This document shows positions 22,441-36,520 of a DNA stretch of 64,000 nucleotides, in pieces. The position numbers and the translations under genes are program-made. A model generated the notes under the pieces. That model did not search any database, had not been told where the DNA came from, and saw nothing but the letters and a program-made list of their open reading frames with translations. The stretch is taken from assembly GCA_951406725.2 (NCBI GenBank), contig OX597816.1, positions 54,064,001 to 54,128,000 of the forward strand. Direction: 5' to 3'. Numbering within the stretch: the first letter of the stretch is position 1; each line of letters opens with the position of its first letter. The DNA comes from Octopus vulgaris. Lineage: Eukaryota.

Positions 22441-23224
22441 CACTACTAGCATCATTGGTATTTGTTGCAGTTTTTCTGCATTCTGAGTTCAAATCCTGCC
22501 GAGATCAATTTTTTTATCCTTTCGGGGTCAGTAAAATATCAGGGCAGTGGATTGGTAGAATTGTTTTGTGGGTCGAATGAAATGCTGTTTTGGTGTTTGT
22601 TCTGGCTCATTGTGTTCTCAGTTCTTGGAATCAATCCGTCGCCCGATTTAACACCCACACATGGTTCCTTTAAAGGGGTTCACTCTGTTAAAGTTATTGG
22701 CGTTAGGTCTCCTGTTCCAGGATAACATCTTTCCATCCATCAGTGTCAAGGGTCCAGACAAGGGCAATGGTCACTGTTGTTCCTGCCTTCACTAAGTTGT
22801 AAACCGAAATCAACTGTTACAAATGGAATAATGATGATGTCGTACATTGAGTAAATTCCGTAGGAGGAAGATAACGGAGGTCATTCTCTCTCCTTGAGGA
22901 CATTCAATTCACATCTTGTTTTCAATTTGCACAGTAACTAATTGTCGTTCTCACCTTCAACATCAGTAACTTGCCTTACTCCACTGATACACTCTCACTA
23001 CAGTCTATGTTCAATTATCATCCCCTGAGGGAAATAATAGATGGTAGATTTCTTTTCTGTGATAACTACCTGTATTTCGTATAGGACAGAAAATGGGTGT
23101 GGAGGCCTGCCCTGCACTTCGTTGATGAGGAAGGTGGGGTTTTATTGAGCAAATAGAAAGTTAATTAGTGAATGTGTTTATAAAGAAGTATAGAAGTCTC
23201 ACGCACGCACAGAACACTGCATAT

Positions 23225-23500
23225 ATATATATAAATTTACACGAAAGAAACTGACACAGATTCTCCCAATCCAATCTATTAGTGGCAAAGTGAAGATCTG
23301 TAAGACATTCCAAAAAGTCTCTATGAGAGATTCTTAAGTGAATAAATACACATACTAAGGTGAATGCATCGACAGTTCAACCTACACACCAACTCAACCA
23401 TATATATATATATACAAATATCGGAAACTCAACTTAAAAAGTCTTGTTTTGTTAACGACCAGCTTGGATTCTCTCAAGAACTTAAATAAAACTCAAAGAA
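23225..23500. repeat. Unclassified interspersed repeat (family F)
   Basis: Reverse-complement matches at ~26970-27260, and at 57170-57271 plus 58815-58995 (that copy is split by the Tc1). Confidence 0.7.
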
Positions 23501-24227
23501 ATCACACACACACACACACACACACTCATTTTTCTATCAAGTTACTTATAACAACAATTTAGTATTAAACCAAAGGGGACTTAGGCTTAATCTTGGTCAT
23601 CAAACAGCCTGACAGCGAGCAAGTCGAAACTTCAAAGTTACTATCAACCTTTTCCTGGCTAAAGTTTATATATATGGCAATTACATTGTGCGATAAGCCC
23701 TTAGAATCAAAATTACTTCGTGCAGTTATTCATCCGTTCCCCCACAAAAAAAAATCCACACAACTCCTCCCCCACAAAACTCATCAATCTGCTCTTCATT
23801 TATTTCTGGAGATATTAATATCTTTGTCACATCACTGCTACCAAATCACTGATGCAGTTCCAATCTATGGAATTTAGTTAATGCCAAATTCTTATAGCTC
23901 TCAGTCTTTTTGTTGAAATTCACATATGAATCCGTGGTTTGATTTATATTGGTCGCTGTTTTATGCTACATTATTACTGTTGCACACCTATTTTCCATAA
24001 GAATATAACAACCAACGGAGCATCCAAGCTGCGCACACTTCACTCACATTACTGTAAATCCATGGTGAACTCTTTAGCATCGGGAAAGATTCTATGATGT
24101 CAGGGACTGCCAAAGTGAAGCATACCTTACAATAGTAATCTATAATGTCTCATTAATATACTGACCACAACAACGACCACACACATTAATTCCTTTATCT
24201 TGAACACAATTATCTTTTCTTTTTTTA

Positions 24228-24588
24228 TCTTTTTACTTGTTTCAGTCATTTTGACTACGGCCATGCTGGAGCACCGCCTTTAATCGAGCAAATCGACACC
24301 AGGACTTATTCTATCGGTCTCTTTTGCCGAACCGCTAAGTGACGCGGACATAAACACACCAGCATCGGTTGTCAAGCAATGCTAGGGGGACAAACACAGA
24401 CACACAAACATACACGCACATACATATATATACATATATACGATGGGCTTCTTTCAGTTTCCGTCTACCAAATCCACTCACAAGGCTTTGGTCGGCCCGA
24501 AGCTATAGTAGAAGACACTTGCCCAAGGTGCCACACAGTGGGACTGAACCCGGAACCATGTGGTTGGTAAACAAGCTACTTACCACAC
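24228..24588 (-). mobile_element. tRNA/CORE-like SINE family A
   Basis: Same consensus as 27767-28201. Confidence 0.85.
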
Positions 24589-24659
24589 AAACAAAAATAT
24601 AAACTCAATGTGTATAAACAAACAAAAATAAAGCCTGCATCACAAACTTCCGTTGAAGT

Positions 24660-24870
24660 ATAGACCAGGTTTTTCAACAATTTCCGGTTGATTTGGAACA
24701 ACTTGGGCCATACCAGAATGGATGTAGTCAGTGCAAGCTTTGCATCGCAGGGAGGAGAATAATTCTAAAAAAAACAGCCTTCGAGCCGGATGCCTTCCTG
24801 AATTCAAAAAGCGAAATTTTTACTCGCTGCCCTTATGGTAGAAAATTCATTTTGGCAGCGTGGTATTCTG
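24660..24870 (+). mobile_element. Penelope-like element, endonuclease C-terminal fragment
   Basis: GPYQNGCSQCKLCI...LNSKSEIFTRCPYGRKFIL matches the PLE pattern C.LC..EK..I...LN.RSE....C.H..KF.L. Confidence 0.75.
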
Positions 24871-25191
24871 CCTTTTCTTGCTACAGAATAGAAAACATGA
24901 AGGTAGGTAAAGCTGACCTCCTCCAATAGTGCAATGGGAAGCAACTCTTCTTTCCCTCTGGGAAATGTGTCACTTCGTCTTGCTTTTTATTGTCACTAAG
25001 CAAATTAAGATTGCAGTAAAGAGGATACGTACTTCCGGCCAGTTTGTACTTCGTGTTTACGTATGTAATTATTCAGTTTTATTTCTGGATTTCTTGCCAG
25101 TAGAGAAAGAGCAGATCTCTAATCTAGATGCAAGGCTCCTTTATTGGGATTTCAACATCAGCAACAAGGTATGTATGTATGTATGTATGTA

Positions 25192-25226
<35 letters not shown>

Positions 25227-25747
25227 CTTATATTTTTTAATTATTATAAATCTTCCACTAAGGAGGGAGCCAGTTTCCAACAATGATAGAAGGCTCCATC
25301 TTTGGGATGTAGTTAGCACAGACACATTTGGAACTTGGAAGTGCACATTTTTACAGTTTTTACAGTTCCCCTCTGTCTCAAACGACAATATCCGGCCTGT
25401 TATGCTTACATTTGACAGAAGTTTTGATTGGAATATTCCACCAGTATTCCTTAAATTGGTGTTTATGAATGTATTCCATAATAGAGGGTTTTTTAAAAAG
25501 TTTATTTCAGGACAGTCTTTTTTAGCGGATGGCATTGTAAGTTGTTTTAGCAACAACATCTTGCTGCATATGAAGGTAGTGCCATGAAAACATCTTAGGG
25601 TAACTGCTAATCCTTACATTTGACAGAAGTTTCAATGGGAATATTCCACCAGTATTCCTTGAGTCGGTGTTTATGAACGTATTCTATAACAGAGGGATTT
25701 TCTAAGTTTATTTCAGGACAGGCTTTTTTTGTGGAGGGCATTGTAAA

Positions 25748-26940
25748 TTATTTGAGAAAAAACATTGTGACCGACATTTTAGAACAGCTGCTAATCACAT
25801 GCATGATGTCTTTCACAGAAACATGACATAGCCTATACATGCATTTGCACCCTGGTATTACAAGAGTGTCACTGTCTCTCTTGTTCACCAGGTACTTTGT
25901 GGCAAACTCCTGTTCCTGGATTGCAAATGCATAGCCCTTATAGTGTGTTGTGATGTAGTGGTGTTGTGTCCAAGAGAGGGTGTGCTTCATCTCAATTCTT
26001 CTGCCTTCTTCAAGCTTCTGGGCAACACACCCATGCATGGTTTTCTTTTTTTTTGTATGCTGAGTGCTTTCCATCAAGGTCTTCTCTGAGGTAAGAGAGC
26101 CCAGGTGTTTTGGGGCTGTATAGGAGATCATCATAAACCTTGCTTACCAACCACATGGTTCCGGGTTCAGTCCCACTGCATGGCACCTTGGGCAAGTGTC
26201 TTCTACTATAGCCTCAGGCTGACCAAAGCCTAGTGAGTGGATTTGGTAGACAGAAACTGAAAGAAGCCCGTCGTATATATGTATATATATGTTTGTGTGT
26301 CTGTGTTTGTCCCCTCAACATCGCTTGAGAACCGATGCTGGTGTGTTTACGTCCTTGTAACTTAGCGGTTCGGCAAAAGAGACCGATAGAATAAGTACTA
26401 TGCTTACAAAGAATAAGCCCTGAGGGTCGATTTCCTCGACTAAAGGTGGTGCTCCAGCATGGCCGTGGTCAACTGACTGAAACAAGTAAAAGAGTAAAAG
26501 AAAAGAGTAAAGAGTATATATATATATATTTTTTTTTTTTTAATCTCAGACAGTACATTATGTTGTTAAACTCACAATGGCCCTGGAAGATTTGGTTGGG
26601 ACTGCTTGTATACAGTTTGTTCATAATGTTTAGGCAAGCAATGGGCCTATAGTTCTTAGCCAACACAGTGGTTTCATTCTTGGCTACAAAATCTGAATTT
26701 CCATAGGACTTCTGAATATAATAGTTTTATGTAAAATGTCAGCCTCTTATACCAAAATTCAACTCTTAGGTCCCTTCCAAATGTCTTCCCATTATGCAAT
26801 TTGCCTACAACTATGGTAAAAGTTACTGGGTCAATTACATATTTCTTACTGTCGATGTTGGTACAGCATTCTCTCCTTTTACTGCATTTAGCCATGACGT
26901 CTTGAGGTTGAGACCCCTCTTTTCGTTCCATATTTTCAAC
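25748..26940 (-). mobile_element. R4/Dong-like RLE non-LTR retrotransposon remnant, split by a family A SINE (26135-26510, +)
   Basis: NYRPIACLNIMNKLYTS (RT) and GYAFAIQEQEFATKYL...RLC....DIMHVISSC (CCHC region). Confidence 0.8.
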
Positions 26941-27766
26941 CAGAATAATTCGAAGGGAGTCTAAATTGTATGTATGATTTTTCTTTGAGTATAATTTTAG
27001 TTGGTCTTGAGAGAGTTCAAACAGGTTGCTAACAAGGCGACAAGAGTTTTTGAGTTAAGAGAGTTCCCGGTATTTGTACATATGAAGTTGAGTTGGTGTG
27101 TTGGTTGAACTCTTGATGCATTTACCTTAGTATGTGCACCTATTCACTTAAGAATCTCTCCTGGAGACTTTTTGGGATGTCTTCCAAATCTTCACTTTGC
27201 CACTAATAGAATGGATTTGAAGAATCTGTGTCAGTTTCTTTCACAGTTTTTCCGTGAAACCATCTATGTATGTATGTGAGTGTGTGTGTATGTGTGTGTG
27301 TATGTATGTATGTATGTATGTATGTATGTGTGTATGTGTGTGTGTGTATGTATGTATGTATGTATGTGTGTGTGTGTATGTATGTATGTATGTATGTATG
27401 TATATATGTATGTATGTATGCATGTATGCATGTATGTATGTATGTATGTATGTATGTATGTATGCATGTATGTATGTATGCATGCATGTATGTATGTATG
27501 TATGTATGTATGTATGTATGTATGTATGTATGTATGTATGTATGTATGTATGTATGCATGTATGTATGTATCAGTCTGCTAGATAACCACTGTTAGTTTA
27601 TGGACGTCACCTCGTTCGAGAAAAAACAATTATAGAATAAGAATCAGTAATTCATAGAAGTAGTCAGGACGACGCATTCGCCTAAACCCTCCAAGACAGT
27701 GCTCCAGCATAGCCGTATCCCTGTGACTGAAAGAGAACAATGAAAAAATATTTATATATAAATATA

Positions 27767-28201
27767 GGCGCAGGAGTGGCTGTGTGGTAAGTAGCTTGCT
27801 AACCAACCACATGGTTCCGGGTTCAGTCCCACTGTGTGGCATCTTGGGCAAGTGTCTTCTGCTATAGCCTCAGGCCGACCAAAGCCTTGTGAGTGGATTT
27901 GGTAGACGGAAACTGAAAGAAGCCTGTCGTATATATGTATATATATATATGGATATATATATATATATATATATGTATATGTATGTGTGTGTGTGTGTGT
28001 TTGTGTGTCTGTGTTTGTCCCCCTAGCATTGCTTGACAACCGAGGCTGGTGTGTTTACGTCCCCGTCACTTAGCGGTTCGGCAAAAGAGACCGATAGAAT
28101 AAGTGCTGGGCTTACAAACAATAAGTCCCGGGGTCGATTTGCTCGACTAAAGGCGGTGCTCCAGCATGGCCGCAGTCAAATGACTGAAACAAGTAAAAGA
28201 G
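27767..28201 (+). mobile_element. Full-length tRNA/CORE-like SINE family A
   Basis: A box TGGCTGTGTGGT, B box GGTTCAGTCCC, CTTGGGCAAGT CORE-like box, internal (TA)/(TG) tract, tail ...GAAACAAGTAAAAGAG. Further copies at 35866-36293(-), 48645-48955(+), 50184-50565(+), 55630-56083(-), 56783-57163(-), 61560-61905(-). Confidence 0.9.
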
Positions 28202-28850
28202 TATTCCGGAAAAAGGAAAAATTCGAACTTCGAAATAAAATTAAAAAAAATCGCTGTTCAAGGGAAATAATTACTGAGATATGTATGAGTTATTTCCCCT
28301 GTACCACTATCTTGAGAGATTTGCAGGATATTGTTATTGGATTAACAGTAATGGATTATCATTAGTAGAGATTATCTTTCCTAGAGATTATCTTCAGTAG
28401 AGATTATCTTTAGTAAAGAAGAGACATTATTGAACGGTATATCATTTAAGACTCTGATATAACAAATATTTTCTAAATATTTGCATGTTTTTTGAAAGTC
28501 ATTTTACTTCAAATTGAACTTTGAGGAGTTGTCCGCTGTTACTAGTTACCTACTGAAGTTGAGGCCATGCTGGTGTACCGCCTTTCAGTATGATTAGATT
28601 TCTTTTTTGTACTGTCTCTGGTGAAGAAGCTAGCTGGACGGAGCTGCTATTCTTTGTATCTCCTGCCGAGATGTGGGTTCATCTGTTATTTCAAATAAAA
28701 TCTTATCCAGACGTTCTTTGAAGACGTCTACATTTTAACGACGCAAAACTCTGAGGCTGTTTGGCAGAATGTTGAATAGTTGTGGACCCCTGAAACCCAA
28801 GCACTTTTACAGTACTGGATCCTTGTTCTATATTGTGAAGATAAGATCTT

Positions 28851-29265
28851 GGATCTTTTCGGTTTGAACGGCAGTTTTTTAAAATAATTTCCACGTAACT
28901 AAAAAATTTTAAACTTCGTATACTGGTAGAATGTGTTTATAAAACATCTTTTTTCTCTTGGCTTTATTGAGAAAATTCTATAGTTTGTAAGATATTTGTT
29001 TTTTTTTTCTTCAATTTCTGCAATTTCAACCAATCAATGACGTCTATTGAGGTAAAACCATTCTGTGCCGTATGAATATGTCCCTCGTTTAAGAAACAGA
29101 TTGGGTTTATTTACATTTCTGAAGAAAAAAAGATACCCTTCCCCCACCCTAACCCTAACCCTAAAACAGATTGAAATGCAATAAATCGATACTAGGGTCA
29201 TAATTATGGGTGACAATTTCATATGACACCGCTAGGAAAAACTGCCGTTCAAACCGAAAAGATCC
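28851..29265. mobile_element. MITE with GG..CC termini, ~28-bp TIR and 8-bp TSD AAGATCTT
   Basis: GGATCTTTTCGGTTTGAACGGCAGTTTT / AAAACTGCCGTTCAAACCGAAAAGATCC, with internal CCCTAA repeats. Superfamily uncertain (Merlin- or Zisupton-like). Confidence 0.9.
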
Positions 29266-29622
29266 AAGATCTTTGATACTATGCAGTACCGTCCAATTTA
29301 ATGGTTAGTATAGCTTTCAATTCCAAAGTTGGGAGCTAGACTTTTCAGGATCTTCCATATGTATGTCAATGCATATTTTCATACTTTTTCTCTAGGGAGC
29401 AGAGTTTCAGTTCCTTTAGCCTCTTCCAGTGGCTCATCTGTTTCACCAAGTTAATCTTCTTTGTGCAGTGGTGCTGGATTACCTCGAGTTCCGCCACCCG
29501 TTTTACACTCTGCAGTGATCACAGTTGTGAGCAGTGACCCAGCAAAAGTTCTCCATAAGAGTGGCATGGTTTCCTCTTTCCTGCATCTGAATGATCTCAA
29601 AATCCATCCAGCTATTCACCTG

Positions 29623-30028
29623 GGATCTTTTCGCTTTGACTGGCAGATTTTAAAAATAATTTCCATGTAACTAAACACTTTAAAACTTCGTATACTGGTA
29701 GTGTGTTACATAAAACATCTTTTTCTCTTGGCTTTCTTGAGAAAATTCTGTAGTTTGTAAGCTAGTTGTTGTTTAATTTCTTGCATTTCGGCAATTTCGA
29801 CCAATCAATGACGTCTATTGAGGTGGAAACAATAGACGTCATTGATTGGTTGAAATTGCCGAAATTGAAGAAAATATCTTACAAATATCTTACAAACAAC
29901 AGAATTTTCTCAAGAAAGCCAAGAGAAAAAGATGTTTTATAAACACATTCTACCAGTATACGAAGTTAAAAATTTTTTAGTTAAATGGAAATTATTTTAA
30001 AAATCTGACGGTCAAAGCGAAAAGATCC
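29623..30028. mobile_element. Fully palindromic fold-back MITE, 8-bp TSD TTCACCTG
   Basis: Arms of ~195 bp, each homologous to the left half of 28851-29265. TSD at 29615-29622 and 30029-30036. Confidence 0.9.
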
Positions 30029-30589
30029 TTCACCTGGACAATGCTGCCAGCTTGATAATATACAAATCGAATGTTGCATCATTACACATAGTTTCTCAGG
30101 CCAAGCACAGACTCTGTCTCTGCAATTGAACTATCCTCTGATTCTGTGTATTCCGATTGTAGTCTGTTTGCGGGCCGATTATGAAGTGCGTGAAACATCT
30201 CAGCATTGAACTACCTGTTATTTTCATCTGCCCATCTGCATATTGCTTTTACGACTTTCTGAAGTCGTACTATATCATCAGGGTCCTTAACTGTCTGTGA
30301 TACTTTTGTATCATCAGAATAGCTGGGGAGAGTAGCTGACGGTATGACTGAGGGCATGTCTGAGGGAATCGCCACAATAGTAGCGGAATCCCACAGGTGG
30401 CTGTACTGGAGTACAGCTACCTACGGGATTCCGCTGAGAATTGATGTTTCCCAGAGAGAGCACAATTGGCTGCAACTCTCTGATTTCTGTACATACATAC
30501 ATACATACATACATACATACATACATACATACATACATACATACATACACACATGCATTCATACTCACACACATACATACATACATATG

Positions 30590-30930
30590 AAACAAGAAAT
30601 ATCAACTAAATACCTGATGCCCAAAAGGAATAGTGGGGCAGGAAAAGCAGTAATATGTGACAACCGATGCAAACTTTGTAGCGTTAACACCGAGATATCA
30701 CCCATAGCTACTCATAATAAAAAGGAGTACTGGTGAAAACCCCTATAAAATGTAAGCACAACAGACCTTATCTAATGATTTGGGATGAGAAGAGAAACTA
30801 TGCACAGTTGTGGAAATTCGCTGCCCAACGGATGTTAACATAAAGTTGAAGATCAGTGAAAAAGAGAATACCTACGCTGAACTATTGAGGGATCTACAGC
30901 TACTCTATCCAGATTACAAGTTCTGGTGCT
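30590..30930 (+). mobile_element. R4/Dong-like CCHC plus restriction-like endonuclease fragment
   Basis: QEISTKYL...DNRCKLC and KHNRP.LMIWD...CTVVEIRCP (PD..D/E-type RLE), next to (TACA)n. Confidence 0.75.
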
Positions 30931-32419
30931 CAGCTGAGTGTTTTTCTATGTTGGAAAACAGATGATAACCAGAAAGAACCAAATCACTAACATAGGGAGG
31001 ATGATCAACCAGTTCAAAGCCAGTCACATACAGCAGCCATTGAAACCAAGGACTTGTGTGCTGAAGCATTGTCCTAATGAAACAAGACCACATTCATCAG
31101 TTTTTCTGGGTGTTTGGTCTTGATAACCTTTCATAACTGCCTTAGGAAGTTGGTATTGAAATTTTCCATTGATGGTGTGATCATTTTGAAGATAGCCAAT
31201 AAACACAATATTTTTTTGCATTAATGCATAGTATATATAATAATGTGAAGTATATTTTGCATATTAAAATGTTTAATTTTGGAAATGTATCAAGCAGAGC
31301 TAAAATAAGCAGTAAAAATACAAATTGCAAATATTTTAAAGTGTGGGACACTACATGACAACAACTAATAAAAAAGAAGAAGAAAATAATGGTGCTTGTG
31401 TTCCAAAGGTACAATGAAAAGGCTCAGGAGAAGGATAGAGAGATGGGGTAGAGGGAAGGAAGTTAGAAGGAAAGAAAAGAATGGAAAGTGAAAAGATAAA
31501 CTGGGGATCTGAAACTAGGCAGGAAATTGGTCCCAGTGCCGGTGGCACGTAAAAACGGCACCCACTACACTCTCAGAGTGGTTGACGTTAGGAAGGGCAT
31601 CCAGCTGTAGAAACACTGCCAGATCAGACTGGAGCCTGGTGCAGCCTCCTGGCTTCCCAGGTCCCAGTCGAACCATTCAACCTATTCCAGTATGGAAAAT
31701 GGACATTAAACAATGATGTCTTACCTATGCACTGGTCAAGTAGAAAAACGATGAGTGATAAAAAATTGGATTGTCTTTTGGTACCAAAAAAGTGAAGAAA
31801 GAGAGTAGAGAAGGTTAGGGAAGAGCGAGTAGGAATAAATATAGACAGTGGGTAGTTGACAGAGATGGACAGAGGAAGAAATGGAAGGCAGTAAAGATAG
31901 AAAAGCAGCAGATAGGTAGAGAGGTAGATAGATGGGAGAGGAGAAGGACAGAGAAATAGATAGGAAAGAGAGACAAATACTGAACACTGAGTGGGAACAG
32001 AAGTGAGTGTGTGACATTACATTGACTAACAGCTATAAAATGTTGCACAGAAAGTCAACACACACACATATATAAGGATGAAGGAAATTGTTGTATACAG
32101 TCGCATGAAACGATCGTACTGTGTTATCTCTGCATATCCTTGTTGCTTATTTTGATTATAATCACCTTATTTCAAATTATATCGATAATGCCAAACTAAA
32201 TTCTGGTGCCTTCAACTTAAGTCCCACATTCGTTAAAATCTTTATATATACATATATATAGTAAATAAAATATCAAGAGCAGACACAAGAAAAAATAACA
32301 ACGCAAAAACGTGGTATATACAAAGTATTAGCAGACGCTCAGGAAAAGAAAGTTGAGTTTACGTTTCGAGCAAAGCTCTTCTTAAGAAACAGGAGACAGA
32401 GGAAAGTCTCCAACAAGGG

Positions 32420-32960
32420 ATGAATCTTGAATGCTCGAAGTTTGCGCAAGAGACGTCAGTGATTAACGGAGTCAAACGCCTTTGCCAAGTCCAAAAATAC
32501 CACGCCCACCAAGTCTTTTTCATCCATGGTCCTTGTAATCCATTCTTCAAGAAGGAGAAGATTTGTTAGGCAAGATCTTCAGGGTAGAAATCCATGCTAC
32601 GAGTCGGATATTTCTTTGCACTATATACAGATAATTGTATAATGCTTTGGTTGGAAATAGCTGTGGGAATGACATGAACATTGTGAATAAAAACAAAGTC
32701 AAGTATGCTATTGGACGGGTAATAATTTGTTGCATGGGAAAGTCTTTTGTTGTATCGAGGAAAGGGTTCATATCCCTCCACTTCAGTTGCTTAGTTCCAG
32801 GCTGGATATAATCCTCGTACCAGCTAAGATTAGTAAAATTAAAGACCCTTGTTAAAAGCATATTAGCCTGTGTGCTGGCCTCAGCTAGGGTTAGACTTAT
32901 GAGTAAAAAAAAATGCACCTCTGAAGTGATCTTCTTGGTTAACCGCATCAGGATGACGGT
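32420..32960 (-). mobile_element. CR1/L2-group LINE remnant (EN and RT pieces)
   Basis: DLVGVVFLDLAKAFDSVNH.RLLRKL at ~32440-32515; FNFTNLSW...ILDFVF EN-like segment upstream. Confidence 0.75.
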
Positions 32961-34161
32961 AGGTAATGCTTTTAATATAATTTCCTTTTTATATAAATTA
33001 GTCTGAAATTGACGAATACATTTCTTTGCAAATTAGGTAATTTCGGGATTGGTCTGCAATCATTTATAGTTAAATGTTTCCTTTCAAAATCTTTTTTTTT
33101 TATTAAGATGGACTAGTATTTCGAATGAGCAATAAGTATCAAAGCATTTAACAATGAGCATTAAATATCAAAGATAAAAACAAATAATTTTGTTCCCTTG
33201 TCAAACTTTGGACCTAACAACCTAAATGAGAAAACCGATATGACTGAAAGAATTTTTAAAGGGCTTTTATTTTTAGGCTGAGGTCAAACAGTCGAATCCA
33301 TTCAACCATGTCGTCAGTCTTTAGCAACATCAACTACAAAGAACTTGAGAGAGGTGACAGACTGAGAGAGGACAAGAACCTTCACACATTTTCAGCATTG
33401 CAAGATTTTGGAGTTATTTTTGTCAGAATAGAGCTGTCTTCAAGAATCCAAGTAATGCTATGTATTGAAGAGTAGCCGTAGATGCTGGTCATGTTGTTGT
33501 TCTTGTTGTTTGCTGCTACTGTTGTTGTTGTCACATACTTTTTATTTTGATGCTACTTTGCTTCAGAAGTTGGTTAGTCATAAATTCCCTTGGGAATTTT
33601 AAGCCCAGCTTCATCACTTATATTTATTTATTTTGGTTCTTTGTTTTTGCTTTGAAACGAAATCTAGCTTCAAGCATCTCATACAGATAATGTTTTAGAC
33701 ACTATTTTCTGAAACTGGCAAAATTATGTAGGGGGTGCAAATTTTGATCTTGCACCACCTGAAAATTCCAAGGGGTGCACCCGCTGCACCCCTTGTTCTC
33801 GGACCCTTGATTACTGGAACTGTAAATATTTGTAAAACTTTCCGGAAGTTTATCATTTAAATATATATGCGCATGTCTAGATACGCAACTATATGCATGG
33901 GAATACATTCATAGAACAAAACATACAAGTCTCAACAAGCACTGACCCAAACACTGAACTTATTCACACAAACATGGAAAAGAACCCTGTTGGTGTTGTT
34001 GAAATTCCAAAGAAGGAGCCTTGGATCTAGGTTAGAACCTGACTCTTTCCCTATTGGCAAGAAATCTTGAAATAAAACTGAACAATGACATACATACATA
34101 CATACATACATACATACATACATACATACATACATACATACATGCATATACATATATACAT

Positions 34162-34205
<44 letters not shown>

Positions 34206-35062
34206 ACACACACACACACACACACACACAGAAGCCTGACTTAAAAATTATCTGACTAATTTCTCCGTGGAAGGATAATCATTAAAACATCCCAGGGTAC
34301 CTAAGAAACATATGTTCCAAAGTTCGTTGTATCTTGGTCATTATGCAAATAATTCTTTTCTTTCTCCCATAAACACAAGAACCGACATTTTTGACGGAAG
34401 GGTCTTTGGGGGAAGGGTTCAGCCGATTATATCGAACCCGGTGCTAAACTGGCCCTTTATCGACTCCGGAGGGATAAAAGTTAAAGTTGCTGGTATTTGA
34501 ACTCAGGACATAAAGAGCCGGAAGAAATGTTACTAAGCATTTTCTCCGACGTTCTAAAGATTTTGCCAGTTCAAACACACACGTTGGTTCCATTTCACGT
34601 CTTATTTTATTTCTATTTATCAATTGGTTAACTAATTAACCAATTAACTCGGTAATCAATCGATTGTCTGATTAATCGTTCGGTCAATCAGTCAACCAGC
34701 AAGGTTTGTCAAAGTTCCTTCGTCGCTATTCGCGACTTCACCAATGATATGCCTTCTCTGCTCCAAGTCTGTTTCAGACATTTCAATTAATTAAAACCAC
34801 AAAAATAGTAACTGAAAGCAATTAGACATCTTAATGACTAATTTTGATAGGAACAAATTAAAATTAAATTGAATATAGAAAATAGTGGGGAATGTTTAGT
34901 AATTACAGTATCAACTGTAGACATGTTTCAGTGTTATTAAACCTCATCAATGAACCATAACCTAACTGTCACCATACTGTTAAACATTTCACACACTCCC
35001 TACTGCAATTCTTATGTCTCCCTGCTGTCAGATCAGCAGGCTTAGTATTAATAAAGTTGTAA

Positions 35063-35557
35063 TCTTATATTTTTAATAAGAATCGGATCTCTGTCTTTCT
35101 CTCCCTCACGTCTATTAGAGGGATGGGTCGAAGGGGAGGAATCAAAATATATGTCAAGATGTGTGTTTAGAAGAAGGAGAGGAGAAAAAGTTGTTGTTAC
35201 GAGAGAAACACAATGAGAGAGAGAGAGAGAGAAAGAGAGAATGAGAGAGGGAGAGAGAGACACTGTGTGTGTGTATATGTGTGTGTGCGCGTGAAAGATA
35301 GATAGAGAGGTAGTGCTGTCACCATAGTAACTAACTATCAACACAACGCAGGACAGCTTAAAAAACTTTCGTTATATAACAATTTAGATATTTTTTTGGT
35401 TGTTTGTGTGTGGTGTATTTCTGTGCGTGTGTGTTGGTATGTTTCTGTATGTATTTCAACATAGAAATAACGCAACACATACTTAAAAAAAAAAAAAGAC
35501 TCATTATAATGACAGGTCGTTGTTGTTGTTGTTGAAAGAAATTCAGAGATAGATAGA

Positions 35558-35595
<38 letters not shown>

Positions 35596-35649
35596 AAGAG
35601 AGAGAGAGAGAGAGAGAATGAGAGGGAGAGACGGAAAGCGAGAGAGAGA

Positions 35650-35697
<48 letters not shown>

Positions 35698-35844
35698 ATG
35701 TGAAAGATAGATAGAGAGGTAGACTGTTGTCATCATAGTAACTAACGAGACTTTCACTGTATAACAATTTACTATTAAAAGAAGGCACGTGCATGATTAA
35801 TAAATATTCTTAGCGGCCGCGTAGCGACGGATAAAAAAATCTCG
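35063..35844 (+). mobile_element. Probable non-autonomous Helitron
   Basis: A|TC start, 3' GC-rich hairpin GCCGCGTAGCGACGG ~10 nt before CTCG|T (variant of CTRR), internal duplication and microsatellites, no TSD. Confidence 0.5.
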
Positions 35845-36078
35845 TAAAAATTGACACGTTTTATTCTCTCTTTACTCTTTTACTCTTTTACTTGTTTCAG
35901 TCATTTGACTGCGGCCATGCTGGAGCACCGCCTTTTTAGTCGAACAAATCGACCCCGGGACTTATTCTTTGTAAGCCCAATACTTATTCTATCGGTCTCT
36001 TTTTGCCGAACCGCTAAGTGACGGGGACGTAAACACACCAGCATCGGTTGTCAAGCAATGCTAGGGGGACAAACACAG

Positions 36079-36115
<37 letters not shown>

Positions 36116-36520
36116 AATATACATATATACGACAGGCTTCTTTCAGTTTCCGTCTACCAAATCCACTCACAAGGCATTGGTCGGCCCGGGGCTATAGCAG
36201 AAGACACTTGCCTAAGATGCCACGCAGTGGGACTGAACCCGCAACCATGTGGTTGGTTAACAAGCTACTTACCACACAGCCACTCCTGCGCCTATTATTA
36301 GCATGTTTATTATAATGGGTTCAAACTATAGCACAGAAGCAGCAATTTCGGGGCAGGAAATACGTCGATCAACTGTAATCAACTGGTGATTATTTTATCA
36401 AACCCCAAAGGGTGAAAGACAGAGTCGCCCCCGACGGCAATTGAACTCAGAACGTAAAGACGGGAGAAATGGCGCGGTAACAATTCTACCAGCTCATATC
36501 ATTAACTATACAGTTATAAT

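Larger units (their letters stand above)
28600..30400 (-). mobile_element. CR1-group LINE RT/3' remnant interrupted by two MITEs
   Basis: YSDDTKVSQTVKDPDDIVRLQ (YADD motif) near 30265-30320; FQGPQLFNILPNSLR..VDVFKERLDKIL near 28700-28800. Confidence 0.8.

Noticed and set aside
29143-29165. Telomeric (CCCTAA)n, suggesting a chromosome end or fusion
   Set aside because: Only about three units, internal to a TIR/TSD-bounded MITE.
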